Source of the DNA: Candidatus Desulfaltia sp.
GTDB taxonomy: Bacteria; Desulfobacterota; Desulfobacteria; Desulfobacterales; ETH-SRB1
NCBI GenBank assembly: GCA_030656555.1
Contig: JAUSPN010000101.1
Span: 2,941-66,940 of the forward strand
DNA: 64,000 bases
Reading direction: 5' to 3'
Of the stretch, positions 1 through 8,097 are shown one piece after another (position 1 is the first letter of the stretch; each line of letters begins with the position of its first letter). A program made the translations under genes and the position numbers. Below the pieces are notes generated by a model. The model was not told the origin of the DNA. It worked only from the letters and a program-made list of their open reading frames with translations, and did no database searches.

Positions 1-540
1 GATTTTTGTATCAAAGTTAAAGCTGTTAAATTCTTCCACATGCTGTTTAAACTGGTCTAAAAGATCGTCTCTATGGGCTAAAAATAAAATATCGTTTTCT
101 GGTATCTCTTTTTCCTGTATAAGCCTTCCTAACAGCCTGATAAGTTTAACAATTATAAGAGTTTTCCCCGAACCGGTCGCCATCCAGAAACTCATTCGGT
201 TAAGAAAGCAGGCAAAAGAAATTTTATCATCTGAAACAGAATAGTCTTTATCGTATTCCAAAAGATATTTAACTGTTTTGCCATCTTTCTTCTTTTTCAG
301 ATCATAATTAAAATCTTCCTTAAAACCATTGTATTGATAATATTCAAAAAGTTTATTTTTACTACCCTCTTTTTCTTTATAAAAAAGCCAAAGTCCTTTG
401 AGTACGTTTTGCAACCCTTGTTTTTGAAAATCAAAAAGAGTTTTGTCTTGAGAAAATCTTGCCAAATCAAAACTTTGCCATTTTGGAGGCAAGCTATCAA
501 AAGAAATATCGTCAATTATTGACTGCAAATAAAGTTTCAT
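1..540 (-). CDS. DEAD/DEAH-type helicase, N-terminal part (res-like partner of the adjacent methyltransferase); runs off the left edge
   Basis: Absent from the ORF track because it is open at the window edge. My translation from ATG 540-538: MKLYLQSIIDD...TLFDFQKQGLQNV...FWMATGSGKTLIIVKL...FLAHRDDLLDQF, with Walker A ATGSGKT. Its ATG overlaps the upstream stop (ATGA at 537-540). Confidence 0.6.
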   Translation of the reverse strand, partial: MKLYLQSIIDDISFDSLPPKWQSFDLARFSQDKTLFDFQKQGLQNVLKGLWLFYKEKEGSKNKLFEYYQYNGFKEDFNYDLKKKKDGKTVKYLLEYDKDYSVSDDKISFACFLNRMSFWMATGSGKTLIIVKLIRLLGRLIQEKEIPENDILFLAHRDDLLDQFKQHVEEFNSFNFDTKI

Positions 541-1388
541 TTTTTATCGCTTAACGATTTTTTACCTGCCTGACGGAGAGGCAGTTCTTGCGGATTTTTT
601 AGATAGTTTTCTTTGGAAACAATTGATTTACCCAGCCGTTTTTCTAATTTTTTTCTTGCCCCGCCGGCAATAGCTCCGCCGGATACAGCATCTGATTTCA
701 ATTTCGGCACGCCCCTGGAATTTTCCACACGGTGAATTTCCGTGGTGGCGCGCTCGCCCAGCATACTAAAAATTAATTCCAAATCGTCCATATGATCGCG
801 TAAATTTTCCCGCTTCAAACTCTTAATCTTCTTATACTGGCCTGGCGTTACGCCAAAAGTTGCCTTGGATATTTCCGCGGTTAAGATTTCGTAGTCTTTT
901 TGTTCTCGCGCGCCTCGTTTTTGCCATTCATCGGTCAATTCTTCACGAATAGCAATGCCCCGCATTCGTTTTTCTATCCAATCGTCACTATAGCCCTTAA
1001 GTTTATAAAGCATTCTTGTCCGTTTTGTTGCCAATTCAGGATTTTCAATTTCCTGCACTCTTTCGTAACCGACTTTTGCCAGCCAACGCTTAAATGGCTC
1101 TGCTTTGGGCGAAGGGATTGACTGTATAATGCGGAAAATACCTTCTGTATTAGCGCAATTTAGATCTTGTTTGCCTCCTGTGGTTTCTATGGAAAGGGGG
1201 GTGACAATTTGTCCCCACCCTTTGCCAATCTCTTTGTCGCGAATACGCATTTTGCGGATATAATCTTTAACATTAGGTGTATCAGTAAGCGCCTCCACAA
1301 CATCATTTACTACAAACCACCATTCGTTATTGTGAATGGTTTTTCTAATTTCCCTGCCTTTAAATAATGCGATTTTTGTTGTTTCCAT
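537..1388 (-). CDS. Bro-N domain protein with DinD-like C-terminal half
   Basis: N-terminus FKGREIRKTIHNNEWWFVVNDVVEAL...ANTEGIFRIIQSIPSPKAEPFKRWLAKVG matches the Bro-N pattern as I remember it. This architecture is often annotated DNA-damage-inducible protein D. There is a 9-nt gap to the upstream methyltransferase and a 4-nt overlap with the helicase. Confidence 0.6.
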   Translation of the reverse strand: METTKIALFKGREIRKTIHNNEWWFVVNDVVEALTDTPNVKDYIRKMRIRDKEIGKGWGQIVTPLSIETTGGKQDLNCANTEGIFRIIQSIPSPKAEPFKRWLAKVGYERVQEIENPELATKRTRMLYKLKGYSDDWIEKRMRGIAIREELTDEWQKRGAREQKDYEILTAEISKATFGVTPGQYKKIKSLKRENLRDHMDDLELIFSMLGERATTEIHRVENSRGVPKLKSDAVSGGAIAGGARKKLEKRLGKSIVSKENYLKNPQELPLRQAGKKSLSDKK

Positions 1389-1397
1389 GTTTTTAAT

Positions 1398-3923
1398 TTA
1401 CTCCCACCAGATTAGAGGCTTAATAAGCTTATAATCCAAATCCCTGGTATTTATTTTTGTCCCATCGCTAAATTCCACTTCATCTTTTCGGACAGCTTTT
1501 ATCCATTTACCGGTCAGATTTGATAATGTTTCGGCAATATCAATACTCGGGTAGAGCTTAGTCAAATCTACATTTACCTTATTATTCTCATAATCAATTT
1601 CCAATACCTTGAGCATTTTCTCGTCTTTCATAAAGACATATTCCTGATATGGTGCTGAGTTTGGTCTTGTGAACAAATCGCCGTCCTCGTATTTGCAATT
1701 CGCCAGTGACTCCTCGTATTGCTCAAGCTCGTAATATTTGAAAAACCCGCCACCTTGCCAATTTATATCTTTCGATAAGTGAGGCCTTCTTTCTATATCC
1801 GGAAGTGACATATTTCTATCACCAAACAAAACCCACTTCATGCGCCCCTTAACTCCTAATTTTTTACCATCCTCTGTCTCATACATTTCATTAAAATGAT
1901 TTCCCATTTCGACCCCAATCCATCTCCTGTTTAATTTATGGGCAACCGCCGTGGTAGTGCCAATTCCCAAAAAGTAATCCAAGACAATGTCTCTTTGTTC
2001 AGAAGAAGATTGTATTATACGCCGCAGTAGGTTTTCTGGTTTTTGAGATGATGTAAAACTAAAGCTCTCGCTAACTCTCATTTCCGACTGCGTGAACGAA
2101 AAAATATCATTCCAAATATCACCAACTGGAAATATTTTTTCATTTATAGTAACTGAATTTAATCCAAATTTATTGTTGGTCCACTTTTCGATTTTAAATT
2201 CAAAGTCGGTTATTTTTTTTGGGGATGTTATTCTCGGAAAAGCAATTAAATCGAGCCAACCTAACCCAAGTTCAGTAGTGTTTCTGTTTGGCTTCCATAG
2301 TTTTCTAAATAAATATTTATCATTATGGCAATAAAAGATCGTTTGATGTTTAAGTTGAAAATTGTCGCCAAAACTTTTATAACTGAATAAATCTGCTTCG
2401 ACATCTTTTGTCGCGTTCGTATCAAAAATAATCTCGTCAATCTGAGAAAACTTACTCTTAATAAGCTCCTTACCAAAAATATTGGCGTTATCGTCTAAAT
2501 GGAGCCAAAAACTACCATCTTTCCTTAAAAAATTTATTCCAGAATTTATTCTGTCTCTCATTAAACTCAACCAACTTGAATCTTGGAATTTATCTACATA
2601 AGGAAAATCCTTTCCCGTATTAAATGGCGGATCAATATAAATCGTCTGCACTTTTTCTTTAAACTTCGGCAGAATCGTATTTAAAGCCTGATAGTTTTCG
2701 CTTTTAATCAGCCAGCCGTCTAACTGATTGTCCAGATCGTCAAACAGCGCCAAAATTTCAAGTTCTAAATCCTTAAAATATTTGGTGTCAATCGGCAGAT
2801 GCTCATATTTTTTAGCTAAATGCGTTCCTGTTAAATCAGTTTCAAGAACATCATTTACTTTAAAACTTGCATCTACAATCCCGAGTTCCAGCCATTCTTT
2901 GATTTGCTCTTTTATGCCTCGGGCTTTAAGTGTTTTTTCAACTAGCGAGATTGCTTCGTCGTCGCGGAGTTTATCCGCCGAATTGGCGGGCTCCTCGCAA
3001 TGACAGGCGGAAATAATTCTGTCCAGCGTAATCACATAATTGCTGTTTCTCACAAATTTCGGTTTGTTCCATATCTTTACCAGCTCATCTTCAAACTGAC
3101 TGATAAAATCAATAACCTTAAAAGCAATATTTTTTAAAATTTGCAGTTGATCCACTCTTTCCGCCGACCATTCTTTGGCCCCATCCCAAAAATATTGGTA
3201 GCTCCAAAGCTTAAACTGCTCTTTCAAAAATGCTCTGGCGTTTTTATTAATAAAAAAATCTACTTCAGACTGCTTGCCGAAAACACGAAAAGCTTTTTCT
3301 AGTTCCTCCTCTTTTATCGCAACGCCTTTCTTCTTTAGTGCTGTTAATATCTCATCTGTTTTTGTCTTTCGTCCTCTTTCAGAATATGCCACATCAAAAG
3401 CAATTGTCCCATCTTCTCTGACCTTTTTTAATTCAAAAACAAGAGACCTCTTTTCGTTTGCCTTTTTGTTTTCAATGCTTTTTGCGTCAAAATAAAATTT
3501 CAATCCCCCTGTTTCCCCCTTTGATAAAGGGGGAGTAAGGGGGATTTCTACCGGCATACTGCGGAAAATCCTGTCGGTTTTGACATAGTAGAGCATCTGC
3601 GTTTTCCAAAAAAGAATGACATCTTTTTCATCTGTATAAACCTTTTCGTAAATATTGTTATGAAAAGGAGTGGAGTTAAAATAAATAGATCCGCTTTCAG
3701 TAAAATAGCGGCTGAAAAAGGAATATAGCTTGTCAAAAAGCTCTTCCCTGAATTTGGGATATTTTTCCAGCGCGTTATCAATATCATCTTTAAGCAGTTT
3801 TTCTATTTGCGAATAATAACTGGACTTTATCCGCATTAAATTGATAAAACCGCCTTCGCCATCAATTTTTGCGCCAATAAAAACATCTTGAAGCACTTTA
3901 TAAAATTTTTGTTCTTTAGTCAT
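1398..3923 (-). CDS. N6/N4 DNA methyltransferase, Type III Mod-like, with a long N-terminal region
   Basis: Motif IV in IYIDPPFNTGKDF; AdoMet motif I in VLDYFLGIGTTTAVAHKLNRRWIGVEMG; 841 aa. Confidence 0.8.
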   Translation of the reverse strand: MTKEQKFYKVLQDVFIGAKIDGEGGFINLMRIKSSYYSQIEKLLKDDIDNALEKYPKFREELFDKLYSFFSRYFTESGSIYFNSTPFHNNIYEKVYTDEKDVILFWKTQMLYYVKTDRIFRSMPVEIPLTPPLSKGETGGLKFYFDAKSIENKKANEKRSLVFELKKVREDGTIAFDVAYSERGRKTKTDEILTALKKKGVAIKEEELEKAFRVFGKQSEVDFFINKNARAFLKEQFKLWSYQYFWDGAKEWSAERVDQLQILKNIAFKVIDFISQFEDELVKIWNKPKFVRNSNYVITLDRIISACHCEEPANSADKLRDDEAISLVEKTLKARGIKEQIKEWLELGIVDASFKVNDVLETDLTGTHLAKKYEHLPIDTKYFKDLELEILALFDDLDNQLDGWLIKSENYQALNTILPKFKEKVQTIYIDPPFNTGKDFPYVDKFQDSSWLSLMRDRINSGINFLRKDGSFWLHLDDNANIFGKELIKSKFSQIDEIIFDTNATKDVEADLFSYKSFGDNFQLKHQTIFYCHNDKYLFRKLWKPNRNTTELGLGWLDLIAFPRITSPKKITDFEFKIEKWTNNKFGLNSVTINEKIFPVGDIWNDIFSFTQSEMRVSESFSFTSSQKPENLLRRIIQSSSEQRDIVLDYFLGIGTTTAVAHKLNRRWIGVEMGNHFNEMYETEDGKKLGVKGRMKWVLFGDRNMSLPDIERRPHLSKDINWQGGGFFKYYELEQYEESLANCKYEDGDLFTRPNSAPYQEYVFMKDEKMLKVLEIDYENNKVNVDLTKLYPSIDIAETLSNLTGKWIKAVRKDEVEFSDGTKINTRDLDYKLIKPLIWWE
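3502..3546. repeat. Small palindromic element inserted in frame inside the methyltransferase CDS
   Basis: aatccccctgtttccccctttgataaagggggagtaagggggatt is a nested perfect palindrome (tccccctttgataaaggggga inside atccccct/agggggat). It encodes EIPLTPPLSKGETGGLK. Confidence 0.6.
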
Positions 3924-4048
3924 ATATAAGTCCTGAATTTTATTGTTTAATCGATTTGTATTTTACTAAATGTTGTTTGAAATAAAAAAACTAATTTGAA
4001 GGGGAAAATAGCTGACGAGCCCTAACAGATGGCAAGCCATGTTGTAAA

Positions 4049-4142
4049 TGGCGGAGAGAGAGGGATTCGAACCCTCGGTGCCGCTTTTGGCAGCACACAC
4101 GATTTCCAGTCGTGCTCCTTCGGCCAGCTCGGACATCTCTCC
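4049..4142 (-). tRNA. tRNA-Ser (anticodon GGA)
   Basis: Reverse complement reads GGAGAGATGTCCGAGCTGGCCGAAGGAGCACGACTGGAAATCGTG...GAGGGTTCGAATCCCTCTCTCTCCGCCA. Acceptor pairs GGAGAGA/TCTCTCC, anticodon loop is CUGGAAA, with a long variable arm and encoded CCA. Confidence 0.9.
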
Positions 4143-4204
4143 GCAAGATAAGCAACAGCCAGGTATGGTTTTAATTTCAGCTGTTATCCTATGCTTACAA
4201 AAAA

Positions 4205-4239
4205 TTGATGATTGTCGATTGTCGATTGATGATTGAAGG
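4205..4239. repeat. Heptamer tandem arm (GATTGTC/GATTGAT variants), inverted partner of the 4321-4395 array
   Basis: gatgattgtcgattgtcgattgatgattgaagg is roughly complementary to the AATCTTC array. It is followed by the GAAGGTATTCT junction also seen at 7250 and 28300. Confidence 0.7.
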
Positions 4240-4320
4240 TATTCTATTCATTTTATAACAAAAAGACGGAGCGACCTGCCTGTGCGTTACTCGCAGACAG
4301 GAGCGATTCCATAAATCATC

Positions 4321-4395
4321 AATCTTCAATCTTCAATCTTCAATCTTCAATCTTCAATCTTCAATCTTCAATCTTCAATCTTCAATCTTCAATCT
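4321..4395. repeat. Perfect tandem repeat (AATCTTC) x10 plus a partial unit
   Basis: Read directly. The array ends 1 nt from the CCA end of tRNA-Ser(CGA). It produces the spurious SSIFNLQ repeats in track ORF 4233-4631. Confidence 0.95.
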
Positions 4396-4396
4396 G

Positions 4397-4489
4397 TGGC
4401 GGAGAGGGTGGGGTTCGAACCCACGATCCCGTTATTCACAGGATACCGCTTTTCGAGAGCGGGGCCTTCAGCCGCTCGGCAACCTCTCC
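4397..4489 (-). tRNA. tRNA-Ser (anticodon CGA)
   Basis: Reverse complement reads GGAGAGGTTGCCGAGCGGCTGAAGGCCCCGCTCTCGAAAAGCGG...GTGGGTTCGAACCCCACCCTCTCCGCCA. Anticodon loop is CUCGAAA, with a long variable arm and encoded CCA. Confidence 0.9.
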
Positions 4490-4545
4490 GGCAACAAATA
4501 ATTTAAATATATTTTTTTGTCGTTTCGTGTCAATAAACTTTATTC

Positions 4546-4782
4546 GTAGCCGTTCACAGGTTCACGGTTCAGAGGTTCAGGGTTATTTTTCTTGGAGCGC
4601 CGGGCTAACTGCTATGCACCAATATTTTTAAATCGAAGATTGTTAGCAGTCAGCTTTTAGCAATTAGCCTTTAGCTTAAAAAATCAAACAGTTAACACAT
4701 TCAGTTAAAAGCTGACATCTAATGGCTAATAGCTTTATCCTGAACCTTTGAACCTTGAACCTCTGAACCCGTGAACGGTTAC
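4546..4782. repeat. Nested inverted-repeat element with GTTCA-word outer arms and AGCTTTT/ATTAGCC-word inner arms
   Basis: Left arm gtagccgttcacaggttcacggttcagaggttcagggtt; right arm cctgaacctttgaaccttgaacctctgaacccgtgaacggttac. Inner pair is tcagcttttagcaattagcc / ...aaaagctgacatctaatggctaat. Confidence 0.7.
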
Positions 4783-4931
4783 CTTTATTCAAAGAGTCAA
4801 GGTGTCGGGAATTCAGTTTGTTTGGTGCATGCTGCTAAAATATTACAAATTTTTCAATAATTATTTGACTTGAGCAAGATTATCCTTTTTATTGTCACCT
4901 GTCTAAATTAATCGACCAAACAGGAAAAAAC

Positions 4932-6275
4932 ATGGCTAAAATTATACCATTTAGAGGAATTTTTTATAATCCCGATAAAATTCATAACCTGGCTGAAGTA
5001 ATGACACCGCCTTATGATATTATCTTAAAACAGGATCAGTGTAATTTTTATAAACAAAGTCCGTATAATATTGTCCGGCTGGACCTGGGCAAATTAACAA
5101 AAAAGGATACGGATAAAAACAACAGGTACACAAGGGCCGCGAACCTGCTTAACAAATGGATTTCAGAAAAAATACTGGTGCAGGACACATCCCCGGCTTT
5201 TTATCTGACAACCGTTGATTTTACTTTGGGAAATAAAAGAGTTACGCGCTCTGGTCTGATCGCTCTGGTCCGCCTTGAACCCTTTAATAAAGGTATAATT
5301 CTTCCCCATGAAAAAACCTTCTCCAAGGTAAGCGCGGAAAGATTCGAGCTGATAAAGGCCTGCCATGCCAATTTCAGTTCCATATTTTCACTCTATTCAG
5401 ATCAAAACATTATTTTGGATTCATTAAAGGATGCTGTCTGCAGCAAAAAACCTGACATGGATTTTATCGATAAACAAGGCATGAAACACAGGCTATGGCG
5501 AATAACCGACAGCTCTGTGCACAGATATGTTGCCGATGCAATGCAAGAAAAAAGCCTTTTTATAGCTGATGGTCACCATCGATATGAAACAGCCCTTAAC
5601 TACAAAAACCGCTTAGCAGGCACAATGCCTGATTTTAATGACGATAATCCAGTCAACTATGTAATGATGTATCTTTGCAGCATGGAAGATCCCGGGCTGG
5701 TTATACTTCCGGCCCACAGAATGCTGACAGGGATTAAAGATTCAACTCTTGCTTCATTTATCCAAAAAGCAGAAAATTATTTTTACATAAAGAAAATACC
5801 ATTTCAAAACAAAGGAATGGAAAAAGCCAAGACAAACTTTATCTCGGCTCTTCAATCAAACAGCTCAAAAAATATGATTGGAGCCTTTATGAAAACCCGT
5901 CAGGAATTTTATTTGCTGACATTAAAGCCAAACGTCATGAAGCACGTGACATACGACAACCTCCCAAATTCATTAAAATCGGATCCATTAAAAAATCTTG
6001 ACGTTACCGTGTTGACCCGTCTTATATTAATGGAGATTCTTGGTTTTGACCAGTCAATGCTTGATAATGAAAAACTGATTGCCTATTCAAGCAGCGAAGA
6101 AAAGGCGATCCAGGAGGTTGTCTCAGACAGATGTGATATCACCTTTATTCTTAACCCGACAAAAATTAATCAGGTGCGTGAAATAGCACAGCAGGGACTG
6201 ATAATGCCGAGAAAATCAACCTATTTTTATCCCAAGGTAATAACCGGCCAGATGATAAACAGCCTTACCCCTTGA
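4932..6275 (+). CDS. DUF1015 family protein
   Basis: N-terminus IIPFRGIFYNPDKI...VMTPPYDII and ADGHHRYETALNY match my memory of DUF1015. Confidence 0.65.
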   Translation: MAKIIPFRGIFYNPDKIHNLAEVMTPPYDIILKQDQCNFYKQSPYNIVRLDLGKLTKKDTDKNNRYTRAANLLNKWISEKILVQDTSPAFYLTTVDFTLGNKRVTRSGLIALVRLEPFNKGIILPHEKTFSKVSAERFELIKACHANFSSIFSLYSDQNIILDSLKDAVCSKKPDMDFIDKQGMKHRLWRITDSSVHRYVADAMQEKSLFIADGHHRYETALNYKNRLAGTMPDFNDDNPVNYVMMYLCSMEDPGLVILPAHRMLTGIKDSTLASFIQKAENYFYIKKIPFQNKGMEKAKTNFISALQSNSSKNMIGAFMKTRQEFYLLTLKPNVMKHVTYDNLPNSLKSDPLKNLDVTVLTRLILMEILGFDQSMLDNEKLIAYSSSEEKAIQEVVSDRCDITFILNPTKINQVREIAQQGLIMPRKSTYFYPKVITGQMINSLTP

Positions 6276-6279
6276 CCAC

Positions 6280-7020
6280 TCACTCCATCATCTTTTTAAC
6301 TTCATCTGTATAGGAACCATCTTCGCAATAGATGATAAGTGGTGGACCTATCTTTGTGCCGGGGCATCCACCTTTAATCCCTTCCACCAAAATAAGTTTT
6401 GCTTCCGAATTCAGATCCGAATAAATAATACGGAAAAATTTAGGCTCAATACCATTTGAACGCATTTGGGTGAGCATGTCGGTTATCCGCTGGGCAGGGT
6501 AAATTATAACAAATCTTCCTGAAGTTCGTAACATGCAACGGGCTGTTTCAATAACATCATTCAGATTAACCTTAATTTCGTGCCTGGCAACCGCTTTTTG
6601 TTGATCCGGATTCATCCTTCCTGCCCCGGCTTTCCTGTATGGGGGATTGCATACAATCAGATCCACTGGACCAGAAACCATATCATGCTTAAGCTCTTTC
6701 ATGTCACAGCAGAGAATGACAATTCGATCTTCCATGTGATTTTCTTTAACATTTTCGGCTGCAATATCAGCAAGCTCCTTTTGAATTTCAATACCATAAA
6801 CTTTTATTTTTTTATGCCTATGCGCAAGAATCAAGGGGATAATCCCGCATCCTGTTCCAAGATCAAGGACCTTGTCGCCCGGCCGCAATCTGATATGGCC
6901 GGCCAACAAAACTGCATCAATCGAAAAACGGTAGCCCAACCGATTCTGTTTGACCTGCAGACTGCCCTTAAAAAAAGTATCTGTGGTTAAAGTTTTCATC
7001 TTTTGTAATAGTTCAGCCAC
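6280..7020 (-). CDS. SAM-dependent methyltransferase, tRNA (adenine-N6) TrmN6/YfiC-like
   Basis: VLDLGTGCGIIPLILA (motif I) and LIVCNPPYRKAG (NPPY motif); 246 aa. Confidence 0.6.
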   Translation of the reverse strand: MAELLQKMKTLTTDTFFKGSLQVKQNRLGYRFSIDAVLLAGHIRLRPGDKVLDLGTGCGIIPLILAHRHKKIKVYGIEIQKELADIAAENVKENHMEDRIVILCCDMKELKHDMVSGPVDLIVCNPPYRKAGAGRMNPDQQKAVARHEIKVNLNDVIETARCMLRTSGRFVIIYPAQRITDMLTQMRSNGIEPKFFRIIYSDLNSEAKLILVEGIKGGCPGTKIGPPLIIYCEDGSYTDEVKKMME

Positions 7021-7086
7021 AAAGACACTAAGTCACCAAGATTATAAAATTATTGTCTTAAAATTCATGATTCATAATTTGATGAT

Positions 7087-7208
7087 CTCGTAAAAAGTCG
7101 AAATATGCACAATTTTGTCATTCCCGTGAAAACGGGAATCCAGTCTTTTCAAGTGCTTAGCCCTCTATGGATTCCCGCCTACGCGGGAATGACAGACTTT
7201 TTACGAGC
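7087..7208. mobile_element. MITE-like element with 13-nt terminal inverted repeats and two internal hairpins
   Basis: ctcgtaaaaagtc ... gactttttacgag termini. Internal gtcattcccgtgaaaacgggaatc and ggattcccgcctacgcgggaatgac. Confidence 0.6.
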
Positions 7209-7218
7209 TTGTCATAAT

Positions 7219-7318
7219 TTAGGAATTGCGAATTTAGGAATTTAGGAATTAAAGGTATTCTGTTGATTTCAATTCCTTAATCCCTTAATCCCTTAATCCC
7301 TTAATCCCTCAATCCCTT
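7219..7318. repeat. Hairpin element with octamer tandem arms (AATTTAGG vs CCTTAATC x5)
   Basis: ttaggaattgcgaatttaggaatttaggaattaaaggtattctgttgatttcaattccttaatcccttaatcccttaatcccttaatccctcaatccc. Confidence 0.75.
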
Positions 7319-7321
7319 GTT

Positions 7322-7642
7322 TTAGCTTAAAGGACCGATCTTGAATTTTATTTCTCCTACCATGTCCTTGCCTAAAGCATCATTTATATTTTGTATAATA
7401 TCTGTTTTTAAAAATTGAAGCTGGTGCATCCATGTTGAACTAACTACATGCACAAGAAGAAGCCGGCCTTTGAATGCGGCAGGCCTGGTATTTTCCGCAA
7501 CAACATCTCCTACCGCGCTGTTCCACAAATTCCAAACCTTAAGCAGCTCTTCATCAGATTCATGCCGGCATGTCTTCAGGATTTTATTAATAACACCGCC
7601 TATATGTTCAAATTCTTTGATATTTTTTCTTTTTTCCATCAT
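7322..7642 (-). CDS. DUF721 (DciA-like) protein
   Basis: 106 aa. LLKVWNLWNSAVGDVVAENTRPAAFKGRLLLVHVVSSTWMHQLQFLKTDIIQNIN fits the DUF721 pattern. Confidence 0.55.
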   Translation of the reverse strand: MMEKRKNIKEFEHIGGVINKILKTCRHESDEELLKVWNLWNSAVGDVVAENTRPAAFKGRLLLVHVVSSTWMHQLQFLKTDIIQNINDALGKDMVGEIKFKIGPLS

Positions 7643-7730
7643 AATGACAAAACCATAGCATCAATTAAGCAAAAAGCTCAATTTTTTATTTATTTACCAC
7701 AGAAAAAAACAAAAAATCTTATAACATATA

Positions 7731-7906
7731 GTAACCGTTCACGGTTGTCGGTTCACAGTTAACAGTTTTTATATTCGCTCGCTAACCCCGCAGCAAGCTA
7801 CGGGGAATGCGCTCGCTATTGCGGTTCAATGAACTATGCAACGATTGAAGCATTTTGGATATTGATTTCAACCGTGAACCGATAACTGTAAACCGTGAAC
7901 AGTTAC
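7731..7906. repeat. Inverted-repeat element (GTAACCGTTCACGG arms) carrying a short copy of the GCGAGCG/CCCCG core repeat
   Basis: gtaaccgttcacggttgtcggttcacagttaac ... aaccgtgaaccgataactgtaaaccgtgaacagttac. The core attcgctcgctaaccccgcagcaagctacggggaatgcgctcgctattgcggttcaa is the reverse of the copies at 34287, 36094 and 62925. Confidence 0.7.
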
Positions 7907-8097
7907 AAAATATATAATAGGATTTTATTTGTCGATCCGGAATATAATTTCTGCTTTTAGCTTGACTTGGAATAACTTGTAATTTATATTTTAATTTGAT
8001 CTTATCAAAATAAATACTTTATCTTATCACCTAACACTTAACACCTGATAAATTCAATTTTTTATGAATTCATCAATATTTACAGGATATTAAATCT

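Noticed and set aside
4321-4395. Possible CRISPR array (and likewise the arrays at 7276-7318, 21534-21568, 25092-25121 and 28051-28078)
   Set aside because: The units are 7-8 nt and directly tandem with no spacers. No cas genes are nearby. They are arms of hairpin repeats.
4048-4631. Track ORFs 4048-4236 (+) and 4233-4631 (+)
   Set aside because: They run antisense through two tRNA-Ser genes and through the heptamer array (SSIFNLQ repeats). They are spurious.
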